This document shows, piece by piece, positions 1 to 9,448 of a stretch of DNA of 64,000 bases (positions are counted from its first letter, which is position 1; the number at the start of each line of letters is the position of its first letter). The notes beneath the pieces are model-generated. The model did no database searches, was not told the origin of the DNA, and worked only from the letters and a program-made list of their open reading frames with translations. The stretch is from an uncultured Verrucomicrobiae bacterium (GTDB lineage: Bacteria; Verrucomicrobiota; Verrucomicrobiia; Chthoniobacterales; JAATET01). The translations under genes were made by a program, and so were the position numbers. The stretch is taken from the NCBI GenBank assembly GCA_963719495.1, contig CAVRCI010000002.1:64001-128000 (forward strand). Reading direction: 5' to 3'.

Positions 1-159
1 CGGGAAGCGCCTCTCCGTCAGCCTCCGCTACGCTCCGGCCTCCTCCGAGGCGCTTCCCGCGTCTCCCAATACAACGCCCCAAAACCCCCAATCCACTTTT
101 GAACAGTCTCTCATTCCGCTTTTGAACAGTCTCCGTTCACTTTTGAACAGGCCCCGACA
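1..159 (-). mobile_element. Left end of IS1202-like element (second copy, runs off window start)
   Basis: Reverse complement of 35913-36071; TGT terminus and three CTGTTCAAAAG repeats. Confidence 0.9.
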
Positions 160-222
160 GGGCGATTGAGATTTCTTCAGCGCTTGCTTTTGATGCCGGA
201 TGAGTGCGATCCGCATTCGCAT
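160..222 (-). pseudogene. 5' stub of cassette ORF interrupted by IS
   Basis: ATG just after R' box (MRMRIALIRHQKQ...) runs into the IS end at 159. Confidence 0.5.
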
Positions 223-345
223 AAAGCCGAACGTCAAGCTCAGCCACCCCGAACGGGCAACCGAATCTGTCTGGTGATCTTCTGGAAGTTAAGGGTCCGC
301 GCAACCCCAAGAGCGAAGCGGCTAGGGGTTGGCTGTAGCGCCTTG

Positions 346-1785
346 TTAGCCCGCATTAATTACCTTTGCTTCTATCAATATTTGGCAATTTGGGCATACA
401 GCCCGCATGACTTCACCATTTCCCCAGATCGTTCGGATCGGCTCTGAGTCAGAGCATTCTGGACACGTAAGGTAGGAAAACTTTCCTTCGTAAGAGGTTG
501 AAGCAGCGGGTTCTGGACTTGCGGAGTAGTGCTTTAAGACGTCCCCTGACGAGTCAATAGTAAGCATGGAGCAACAGTTCATACAATACCGGTCAGTAGA
601 GTGATCGCCTTGAGTGATATTTGCAGGGACAACGTGATCACACTTCGGACATGTTGCCTCAACTCGCAGTCGTCCGATTCCGACAGGCGCTCTGGACTGA
701 CCTGACTTTCTCGTGATTACCTGACCATCTCCAATGCGGTTGACGTGAAATCGAGTGCTGCACCCTTCGCAACTGTGGAATGCACTTGAACCAGGATGAG
801 TTCCGAGGGTCTCGGTCCCAATCAGTCCGCAGTCGGGACACTTTACATGTTCTGTCCCAGTCAAGGTCGCGCGAATGTCACGAACTTGCTGAACCGTCGA
901 ATCGCCGAGAGTTACGTTGAGGAGGGAGGAGAAGCGTTGGGCAAATTGATCGCTATTCAAAATAAAGAATTTCGAAACTTTCGTCATGCGTTTCAGTTCG
1001 TCAGTGAGTTCTGGTCGAGGTCCAAATCTTCGTTTCCCGCCAGACTTAATGAAGTGCCACCAGTCCTCTTTATCATCATCAGTGATGAAAATAAGTTGAG
1101 CGATATTTGCAGTGTTGCAGTGTTCGATCACCTGATTCCAAAGTATCAGGTCACCAAACTCGCGCTTGAAAATCAACCCCCCGTGCGTGAATGCATCTCC
1201 TTGCTTCGATTCGTCCTCGTATCCCGGAGGGATTTTGAGCGCGTATCGCTTGGTTCCGTCTTTGAAGATAGCATCCAACCAATCTTGGTTTATTGGGCCC
1301 GGCCCAATCTTCTCAGAAAAAATTGTTTCAAGCTTTTGGAGGATCGGGTCGATATCCGTAACACCTAAGTGATTCGCGGACTGATCTTTCAGAAGATCGT
1401 TGAAGATCTCCTTCTCTTCGAGAAGCTTACCAACGAAGTCAGTCGTATCAATGATCGAGTGACGTTTCTTCAATTGGAGTGATGATATATCGGACTGTAG
1501 CTTATCCAGTGACTTCTCCACAAGATCCTGAACGGCCTTAAACTTTTGTTTTTGTTCAGCGATAACTAAAAGGCGATTACGGTGATATTCCAAAGCAGTC
1601 TGATGTGGTAACCAGACCTTGTGCGCGAGTGCTTCCATGACGCTTGTAAGATCTCTCGATGCATGAGACGGGTATCGATAAAGATTGAGAAGCACGTTTG
1701 TGTCGAAAACTACAAGAGTATCTTCAATTGCAATATCAATGGCATCTTGTATGTCGGCGTAAAAGCCAGGAAATGTGTCTTTCAT
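346..1785 (-). CDS. PIN-like (PIN_8-type) nuclease with C-terminal triple zinc ribbon
   Basis: VVFDTNVLLNLYR, FGDLILW and FITDDDKEDWW motifs; six CxxC motifs in last ~165 aa. Confidence 0.85.
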   Translation of the reverse strand: MKDTFPGFYADIQDAIDIAIEDTLVVFDTNVLLNLYRYPSHASRDLTSVMEALAHKVWLPHQTALEYHRNRLLVIAEQKQKFKAVQDLVEKSLDKLQSDISSLQLKKRHSIIDTTDFVGKLLEEKEIFNDLLKDQSANHLGVTDIDPILQKLETIFSEKIGPGPINQDWLDAIFKDGTKRYALKIPPGYEDESKQGDAFTHGGLIFKREFGDLILWNQVIEHCNTANIAQLIFITDDDKEDWWHFIKSGGKRRFGPRPELTDELKRMTKVSKFFILNSDQFAQRFSSLLNVTLGDSTVQQVRDIRATLTGTEHVKCPDCGLIGTETLGTHPGSSAFHSCEGCSTRFHVNRIGDGQVITRKSGQSRAPVGIGRLRVEATCPKCDHVVPANITQGDHSTDRYCMNCCSMLTIDSSGDVLKHYSASPEPAASTSYEGKFSYLTCPECSDSEPIRTIWGNGEVMRAVCPNCQILIEAKVINAG

Positions 1786-1916
1786 ATTTATAATGGGCTA
1801 ACGTCAAGCTCAGCCACCCTGAGCGGGCAACCAAGCCAACCGCCAGGTGAGCTGCCAATAGCGGGAACGAGCAACCCCAGCCAGCGAAGCGGCTAGGGGT
1901 TGGCTGCAGCGCCTTG

Positions 1917-2477
1917 TTAGCCCTGTATTCTTTTCAGACGGGTTCTCGTGTCGTCGAGGGTTGTTCTGAGTTCCTCAATATCTGAGTCAGGCATGTGATC
2001 AGCAAGAAGCTCGATGAAAAAAGAATCTGACTGAGTCGACTGATGTAAAAGCTGCATGATGTCGGCTTCGTAAATTGCAATACGATCGAAATCAAACTGA
2101 CGATACAGGCTCGGAAGCGCGAATAGCTTGAGGAGGATCAATCCATCCACATTTCCCGTGGACAGGGAGCCGATCTCATACTGCATGGATTCGGTGAAAT
2201 CATCGGCAATCATCTTGAAAACCCTGTGTTCTGCGAATAGGACATCCACACGGAGGCCGTCGAAGTCACCGTAGGCAAACATGTCGCTTCGTCGGGCAAT
2301 CTTGAGCTCGGGAATATCAGCGAGACGTGGTGCCGAGATGATCAAATCAATATCATCAGTATTGCGACCTCTGACATGTTGGAGCAATGCAATGCCTCCC
2401 ACTACGACAAATGGAATGTTGCGAGCACGAAGGAGCGAAAGAAATGATGAGACGAGTTCTGGATAGTCTGCAGACAT
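1917..2477 (-). CDS. Nucleotidyltransferase-fold protein
   Basis: FVVVGGIAL...RNTDDIDL motif; start at MSADY preferred (downstream of TTGGCC-17-TACACT). Confidence 0.8.
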   Translation of the reverse strand: MSADYPELVSSFLSLLRARNIPFVVVGGIALLQHVRGRNTDDIDLIISAPRLADIPELKIARRSDMFAYGDFDGLRVDVLFAEHRVFKMIADDFTESMQYEIGSLSTGNVDGLILLKLFALPSLYRQFDFDRIAIYEADIMQLLHQSTQSDSFFIELLADHMPDSDIEELRTTLDDTRTRLKRIQG

Positions 2478-2690
2478 GGGTCGGCCGAGTGTAACCGGAT
2501 TGGCGAAGTGGGCCAATGCGATTATCTTACCGGGATGAAGCGGGGCGGGCATAGGTTTAATGGGCTAACGTCAAGCTCAGCCACCCTGAGCGGGCAATCA
2601 AGCCAACCCCGAGGTGAGCTGCCAATGGCCTGTCCGAGCAACCCCAGCCAGCGAAGCGGCTAGGGGTTGGCTGCAGCGCCTTGTTCGGTC

Positions 2691-2951
2691 TCACCGCTTC
2701 TTCAGTATCCTGTCGTATTCAGCATGTGTGCCGATCCAAAACCAGTAGTATGTGCCGGAATCGAGCAACGAGAGTGTCCGGTAATCATCTGTGATTCTGA
2801 CTGACCAAAATGGACCGACCTTCTTGAACTGCAGCGAAGGATGACGGGGGTTGTCTGCCCAAAGTTGGTATTGCTTCCGGGCTGTGCTTTTGATGCCGGG
2901 AGGAAGGTCAGAGTATGCCTTCCAAAATTTATGAGTGGTTGAGGACTTCAT
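2691..2951 (-). CDS. RelE/ParE-like toxin
   Basis: FWKAYSDLP...NPRHPSLQFKK...WSVRI...WFWIGTHAEYD pattern; overlaps upstream small acidic ORF. Confidence 0.85.
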   Translation of the reverse strand: MKSSTTHKFWKAYSDLPPGIKSTARKQYQLWADNPRHPSLQFKKVGPFWSVRITDDYRTLSLLDSGTYYWFWIGTHAEYDRILKKR

Positions 2952-3150
2952 CGAGCGTCTTGACGCGATCGTTCTTGATGTCGTCCCTTACCGATGCGAG
3001 TAAGGAATCGAGCCGACCTGCTTTGTGATCGTCGTCAATCTGCTGGTCCCAATCTTCCCAAAGGTTTTCTTGGAGGCGATGCAACAAATCCCACCGTTCA
3101 GACGACGGAAGACGGACAATTGCTGATTCGATCTCTTGTAGAGTGCTCAC
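2929..3150 (-). CDS. Putative antitoxin
   Basis: 73 aa acidic, WDQQIDDDHKAGRLD motif; upstream of toxin. Confidence 0.8.
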   Translation of the reverse strand: MSTLQEIESAIVRLPSSERWDLLHRLQENLWEDWDQQIDDDHKAGRLDSLLASVRDDIKNDRVKTLDEVLNHS

Positions 3151-3319
3151 GATGCGAATGTATCTGCTGGCGACGGCGTCTCAAGCGTAAATTCAGGACC
3201 GGACGTCAAGCTCAGCCACCCTGAGCGGGGCAACGAACGTCTAGGCAAGGTGTTTGCCGGAAGGGGATCGGTCGGCCAAGGCTTGCCGTTGGCCGGCTAG
3301 GGGTTGGCTGCAGCGCCTT

Positions 3320-3669
3320 GTTCGTCGGAAGAGGTGACTGCACGATGGAGGACCCGATCGTCCGACAGGCCGACGATGGTCAAACCCAGCAAGCGGCTTC
3401 GTTAGAGCATTCAGTAGAAGATGCTTCTGTGGTCCAGATTGACTCCGCATTATAAATATATTGCTCGTGACAAGAGCAGGCCGGAGAGGATTCTGGATGG
3501 ATCTACTCATTCCGCGTGAGCGCCCCAAGCGTGCATGGCCGGCGAATAATCGTTGGCGTCGAATCGGGAGTGATCAATAGAAAACCAGAATCGTGCTCAA
3601 TCGTATGCCGAAGGGAATCGAGCAACTCTGAATTTTCCCTTGATCTTAACTCCAATAAATCAGGCGAAC
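3320..3669 (-). other. ORF-less cassette family C, copy 1 of 9
   Basis: 350 bp; other copies 5016-5365, 20674-21023, 24834-25183, 32468-32817, 39617-39966, 53737-54086, 56964-57314, 58047-58396; own attC variant. Confidence 0.85.
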
Positions 3670-3759
3670 GTCAAGCTCAGCCACCCTGAGCGGGCAATCA
3701 AGCCAACCCTGAGGTGAGCTGCCAATAGCGGGACCGAGCAACCCCAGCCAGCGAAGCGG

Positions 3760-4203
3760 CTAGGGGTTGGCTGCAGCGCCTTGTTCGGCTGTATTCCGTT
3801 GAAACTTCGACGAGAGGTCTGAACAATACAATAAAGCCAGAATTGCTCCTGTTATACCGGATGATAGCATGTCGAGCAGCATCTCCGGCGCAGACATGAT
3901 GTCATACGAAATCATGCCAATCCAAGGGATTGATATGGCAACAATGAATACATAGAGAGTCCGTGCATATCTGCGCAGCATCCAAAGGCGAATCCATGAA
4001 AGTATCGCTCCTATAAAAATGACGAAGGCATACGCAATGAACAGTGGTTCCGGGATTCCGTAATTATATATGGGAGCATCGTATGCTTGCATTCTGAGAT
4101 CTTCAGACAGCCAAGGATCGCCGAGCGCTCCCAGAGATATGTGGATAGTAATTAAAGCGAGTTCTGACAAAATCAAAATCCGCAAGACGGTCTTCGTGGT
4201 CAT
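3760..4203 (-). CDS. Membrane protein (about 4 TM)
   Basis: Hydrophobic segments; start MTTKTV; stop inside attC. Confidence 0.75.
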   Translation of the reverse strand: MTTKTVLRILILSELALITIHISLGALGDPWLSEDLRMQAYDAPIYNYGIPEPLFIAYAFVIFIGAILSWIRLWMLRRYARTLYVFIVAISIPWIGMISYDIMSAPEMLLDMLSSGITGAILALLYCSDLSSKFQRNTAEQGAAANP

Positions 4204-4399
4204 ATTGAGGCCGGATGAATTAAGTAGATACGAAAGGAGCCGCGTAGAATTCTTTCGTTGGCTGGTGGGTGACTTACTGAGCCGAACGTCAAGCTCAGCC
4301 ACCCTGAGCGGGGAACCAAGCCAACCCTGAGGTGAGCTGCGAGTAGCGGGTCCGCGCAACCCCCGCCGCGAAGCGGCTAGGGGTTGGCTGCAGCGCCTT

Positions 4400-4900
4400 G
4401 TTCGACGCGCATCTGTTCAAACTACGCATATCGTGACTTCCTCAAGCCAACCCCTCCGTATCTCTACCGAAGGCACTCCAATAATGACGATCAAACCTTC
4501 GAAGAGGCTTCGCGATTGGAATCACTGAAATGCGATTGGAAGATTGTAGAGAGTAAAGGCTGAACTGGAGCGGGGGGCTTGGGATCAAGCTCACAAATAT
4601 ACGCCAGGAAGATTGTAGGGGGTAGAGGCTGAATTGGAATAGAGAGGGGGCATCAAGCTCACAAATAGAAGCTTGGAACGATTGTTGGGACATCTGGTGA
4701 CTTCCGAACGATTGGTCGAAAATCAAAATATTCTATCCGTTGAGAAACTGGGTTTGTTGCCTAGGCCCCGATCCTCCGTCCTGCGCTGGTCGAAAAAAAA
4801 GAACCCGACCGCTTGAAACAAGATGTGGTGTCCCCTGACGGCGTCCGAATATGTAAGAGCGAAATATAGTCATCCGCCGGAGGCTCACAATGAGTCGAAC
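4400..4900 (-). other. ORF-less cassette family A, copy 1 of 4
   Basis: Other copies 16331-16836 (diverged), 50932-51433, 60787-61287. Confidence 0.8.
4538..4686. repeat. ~68-69 bp tandem repeat inside family A cassette
   Basis: GGAAGATTGT-like starts at 4538, 4607, 4675; ATCAAGCTCACAAATA recurs in each full unit. Confidence 0.8.
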
Positions 4901-5015
4901 GTCAAGCTCAGCCACCCCGAGCGGGGCAACGAACGTCTAGGCAAGGTGTTTGCCGGAAGGGGATCGGTCGGCCAAGGCTTGCCTCAAGCCGGCTAGGGGT
5001 TGGCTGCAGCGCCTT

Positions 5016-5365
5016 GTTCGTCGGAAGAGGTGACTGCACGATGGAGGACCCGATCGTCCGACAGGCCGACGATGGTCAAACCCAGCAAGCGGCTTCGTTA
5101 GAGCATTCAGTAGAAGAGGCTTCTGTGGTCCAGATTGACTACACATTATAAATATATTGCTCGTGACAAGAGCAGGCCGGAACGGATTCTGGATGGATCT
5201 ACTCATGCCGCGTGAGCGCCCCAAGCGTGCATGGCAGGCGAATAATCGTTGGCGTCGAATCGGGAGTGATCAATAGAAAACCAGAATCGTGCTCAATCGT
5301 ATGCCGAAGGGAATCGAACAACTCTGAACCTTCCCTTGATCTCAACCCCAATAAATCAGGCGTAC
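5016..5365 (-). other. ORF-less cassette family C, copy 2
   Basis: Near-identical to 3320-3669. Confidence 0.85.
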
Positions 5366-5684
5366 GTCAAGCTCAGCCACTCTGAGCGGGCAACCAAGCC
5401 AACCCCACCGTGAGCTGCAAGAAGCGGGACTGAGCAACCCCAGCCAGCGAAGCGGCTAGGGGTTGGCTGCAGCGCCTTGTTCGGCTGTATCTGCTACATG
5501 AATAACTTCGCAATCGAATCTGGATCTTGTCGCAAATCCTGAATCGCCACAATTGCGATTCGGCGTCCTTCGATAGAATAGAAAATCCCATAAGGAAATT
5601 CCTTGATAAGGAGCCTTCGGTAAGGGCGACGGAATGGTGAGCCAAGGTTTGGAAACCGCCGCAAAAGAAGTGATGCCTCGTCTA

Positions 5685-6898
5685 GTATCCTGTAACGCGC
5701 TATATTGCGTATTGAGTCGCGCTCATCGGAGCGGTATGTGGGTGGATGGCAAATCGATACCGCATCACTTTAACCGAGTCCGAACGTGAGTATTTGAGCG
5801 CGCTGGGCCGGACTTCCAAAACCGACGCCAGGCGATATGTGCATGCTCGAACGCTTTTACTTTGCGACGTTGGCGAGCACGCGCCGAGTGGCGTAGCATG
5901 GAAGGTGGCGGATGTCGCCAGCGCTCTGGGAATCGGTGTTCGCACCGTCGAACACATCAAGGAGCGCTTCGTGGAGGATGGGTTGGAGGCAGCGCTTGGA
6001 CGCAAGCCGAGAACCGGTCCTCCGAGGATTACCTTCGATGGAGCCTTTGACGCGAGGGTGACCGCCTTGGCGTGCTCCGATCCTCCCGATGGACGCGCCC
6101 GGTGGACCGTCCGTCTTCTCGCCGACAAAGTCGTGGAACTCAAGATTGCCCCCAGCGTTTCGACGATGACCATTCAGCGGTCTCTAAAAAAAACGAATTA
6201 CGCCCTCATCTGAGCAAATATTGGAAGATCCCTCCAGACGGCAGCGCCGCTTTCGTTGCTTGCATGGAGGACGTTCTCGAACTCTATCACGCACCCTACG
6301 ATGCGCTCTTCCCCCTCGTCTGTATGGATGAGTCGAGCAAGCAACTCGTTGGCGAAGTCCAAGCGCCCATCGCTGGCGCTCCCGGTAGGGCGCGAATCGA
6401 AGACCATGAATACGTTCGCAACGGCGTGGCCGAAATCTTCCTCGAAGTCGAGCCGCTGGGCGGACGCAGACATCTGGAAATCACCGAGCGCCGCACCCGC
6501 ATCCAATGGGCTCAGTTCATTCGCAGCATGCTCGACGAACGCTATCCCCACGCGACCAAGGTGCGCTTGGTCATGGACAACCTCAATACGCACAACATCG
6601 CTTCGCTCTACGAAGCCTTCCCTCCCCAGGAAGCTCGCCGACTGGCCCAACGCCTTGAGATCCACTACACCCCAAAACATGGCAGTTGGCTCAATGTCGC
6701 CGAGATCGAGTTCAGTGTCCTTCAGTCCCAATGCCTGAATCGTCGCATTCCTAACATTGAAACGCTGCGCTCGGAAGTCGCGGCTTGGGAGGCCGCCCGG
6801 AACGAAGCCGCCCGCACCACTTCGTGGCGCTTCACCACCGCCGACGCGCGGGTCAAATTGAGACGGTTATATCCGCAGCTTTAGTCGTTACAGGATAC
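5685..6898 (+). mobile_element. IS630 family element
   Basis: Terminal IR GTATCCTGTAACG/CGTTACAGGATAC, TA duplication at a CTAG target. Confidence 0.95.
5746..6884 (+). CDS. IS630 transposase (orfA/orfB joined by -1 frameshift)
   Basis: HTH orfA 5746-6213; DDE orfB (CMDE, VMDNLNTH, SWLNVAEIE); A8 run at 6186-6193. Confidence 0.92.
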
Positions 6899-7005
6899 TA
6901 GACTCCGCAAGAATTCTGAGCCTCGTCCCTCCTGGATATCTTCATAGCGTTCAAATGCGGATTGAATGTCAATGTCGGCTTGGAGGAGGTAAATGACCTC
7001 GGATG

Positions 7006-7227
7006 TCATCGAGCTGACAGGAGGCGCGACTTGATCTCGTCCAGTGTGGTGAACTCATCTGGGTGCTTGTGATAATGGGCGAGCCGCCTATCCAGCTCTT
7101 CGATGATCGCTGGGGAGACCGGGATCTCCTCGGGATGGGATGCGACGTTCTCCCATAGCTCTGACATCAGCGTGAGCTGGTCGAGGACTGAAAGGCTTTT
7201 CAGGTCGGGAATGCGTTCCAGAATCAT
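7006..7227 (-). CDS. Addiction module antitoxin
   Basis: LS..DQL.L..ELWE...ELDRRL...pattern upstream of ParE. Confidence 0.85.
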   Translation of the reverse strand: MILERIPDLKSLSVLDQLTLMSELWENVASHPEEIPVSPAIIEELDRRLAHYHKHPDEFTTLDEIKSRLLSAR

Positions 7228-7233
7228 GGAATG

Positions 7234-7262
7234 AATATGCGAATGGCGATCAATCCAGTCAA
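7234..7262 (-). promoter_or_regulatory. sigma70-like promoter, predicted leaderless
   Basis: TTGACT-17-CATATT-6 nt-ATG. Confidence 0.7.
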
Positions 7263-7375
7263 GGCATTGAGTTCAGGAGCCGAACGTCAAGCTCAGTCAC
7301 CCTGAACGGGCAATCAAGCAAACCTTGAGGTGAGCTGCTAATAGCGGGACCGAGCAACCCCAGCCAGCGGAGCGG

Positions 7376-7727
7376 CTAGGGGTTGGCTGCAGCGCCTTGT
7401 TCGGCGTATCTTGGTGTATTCCGCTTCGGGGACATAAAGCAATATAGTATAGCACCTGGAAAATTCAGGAATACAATCAATCCGACCCAAAGCAGTCTGT
7501 CGGTGCTCGTCAAACTCGGATTGCGCAGTGCATGGGCTAATGTAATCACCCAAAGACATATTGCGCTCAACACAATAAATGCCCCAGCGACTTGAAAATA
7601 TCCGATCTGATAGGCTAAATCATTAACATTCGTTGATTCGTGCGAGTTGAAGTAAAAAAAATATCAGCAAAACAAATCCGACATGAAGAAGGAGTAAGCC
7701 TGCAATTGTAGTTCCTATGACTTTCAC
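7376..7727 (-). pseudogene. Frameshifted copy of PLDc_N-like membrane protein
   Basis: Near-identical to 20158-20508 but +1 nt at A-run 7654-7661. Confidence 0.8.
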
Positions 7728-7890
7728 GAGATTGCGTTTCGAAGTTAATGCGTATTTCAGAAAATTCCTAGCCGAACGTCAAGCTCAGCCACCCTGAGCG
7801 GGTGATAGAGCCAACCCTGAGGTGATCTGCCGGTAGCGGGAACGAGCAACCCCAGCCAGCGAAGCGGCTAGGGGTTGGCTGCAGCGCCTT

Positions 7891-8411
7891 GTTAGACTCG
7901 TATTTGTATTCTGATGCTACCGCCCATGGTGAAAGATCGATTTCGATTCACCAGATGCTTTCGAGTGGATTCCGAAATAATACGTGAACAGAAATTGATG
8001 TCAGCGTCAAAATTGGAATGAAGCAGTCTCGCGCGCCAGTGATTGGAAGCGATTGGGTGCATTCCGATTGAATGAATTCGGATTCCATTTTTAACGGGCC
8101 GAGGCAGTGAAAATTTGGTCGATTCGTTTGGCTGTCTTTTAATCGAGTTGTCCATCCAGACATTCGACAAGTGGCTTTCTCGTGATGGGAACCTAAAGTC
8201 TCAATACCCACTCCGTAAAAGTGCAGTTCTACGCAAATGCACCGTTTTCGGGTCGGAATCGAGGTGGTCAAAAATCACCAAAAAAAATTCGGGTGCTGCG
8301 CACCAAATATGACTCGTCTTCGCCTCGTTTGGGATTCGGGTTTCTCGTTGCAGGTGACAAAAAGGTAGGGGTCGCTCGTATTCAGCCCGCCGGAGGCTCA
8401 CGGAGTCTAAC
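7891..8411 (-). other. ORF-less cassette family B
   Basis: Related cassettes 17523-18043, 21137-21732, 43919-44310, more distantly 45729-46118; shared hairpin+T-tract motif. Confidence 0.75.
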
Positions 8412-8524
8412 GTCAAGCTCAGCCACCCTGAGCGGGCAATCGAGCTAACCCCATGGTGAGCTGCCAATAGGGGGACCGAACAACCCCAGCCAGCGAAGCG
8501 GCTAGGGGTTGGCTGCAGCGCCTT

Positions 8525-8806
8525 GTTCGGATCCGCCCGTTCGTGGTCCCGTCGGATCTACAATCTGCAGCCTTGCTCGTCGCCATGCCGCTTGATAATC
8601 GACCCATACTAGCTAGTCAGACCGATGCGCTGCACTATGAAAATTGACGTCGAATGGACTGCGAAAAAATACCTTGGTTTGGGCTTCCGCACACTCAAAT
8701 TAACCTCATTGTGAACACCTTCCGAATACGCCAATTTTATACAAAGCAAATTGCGAACGATCTTTTTTGCAAATTGGACTTTCAGAAACTGGGGCATAGG
8801 TCCGAC
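8525..8806 (-). other. Cassette family D (no conserved ORF), copy 1 of 4
   Basis: Other copies 23157-23439, 46686-46968, 58510-58792. Confidence 0.75.
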
Positions 8807-8921
8807 GCCAAGCTCAGCCACCCTGAGCGGAGGACCGAACTCTTGAAAGAGATGTAAACTGCCACCCGGAAGTCAGAACAACGGCGACCAATGATCGGCT
8901 AGGGGTTGGCTGCAGCGCCTT

Positions 8922-9315
8922 GGTCGTCGTGACGGGTCGTAGACACAACGGCCCGCCGTAGCATCCGACAGGGGCTGAACCGTGGAAGTCAGGAACAACG
9001 CGACCACGTGAACAGAGGCTCGAGCCAGACTGGTCGTGGCCATATCTTCTCGTGATGGTGAAATCGTAGCCGAAGCGAATGAATCAACGAAGTCACTGAA
9101 ACGGAAGCTCGACCCGGCTCTGCGGGTGGAGCGGCGAGACGCTGAACGGCGGAGGGAGATCGGAGAGCTGGAAGAGGGCGTCTGTGACGAGGGGAGTCGG
9201 CGGATGGAAGGGGACGGGGTCATCCAGTCGAATCCGCTCGTCACAGTCGCCCGGGTGAATCACCAGCTAATGTCCCTGAACCGAACTCAGTCATTATTTA
9301 TTGTATAAGGCGACC
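8922..9315 (-). other. Cassette family E with GGT/ACC core
   Basis: Ends GGTCGTC...GGCGACC on plus strand; relatives 13478-13759, 52731-53012, 63982-end. Confidence 0.75.
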
Positions 9316-9448
9316 GTCAAGCTCAGCCACCCCGAGCGGATGATCAAGCCAACCCTGGGGTGAGCTGCCAGTAGCGGGTCCGAGCAACCCCGGCCAGCGA
9401 AGCGGCTAGGGGTTGGCTGCAGCGCCTTGTTAGCCTGTATTTGTATTG

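Larger units (their letters stand above)
5494..7009 (-). pseudogene. parE: ParE/RelE toxin interrupted by IS630
   Basis: Removing IS plus one TA restores MTSEVIYLLQADIDIQSAFERYE...EFLRSLDEASLLLRRFPNLG...YRRLLIKEFPYGIFY; ATGA overlap with antitoxin. Confidence 0.88.

Noticed and set aside
3442..3469. dif/Xer-like site in family C
   Set aside because: Left part resembles a XerC arm but there is no TTATGTTAAAT-like XerD arm.
3241..3528. 95-105 aa MGRSRG... ORFs in family C as real genes
   Set aside because: TTG start without SD, runs deep into attC, end point varies, frameshifted in one copy; unsupported though not excluded.
4538..4686. Mini-CRISPR in family A (33 nt block + 35 nt segment)
   Set aside because: The intervening segments resemble each other, so this is a tandem repeat.
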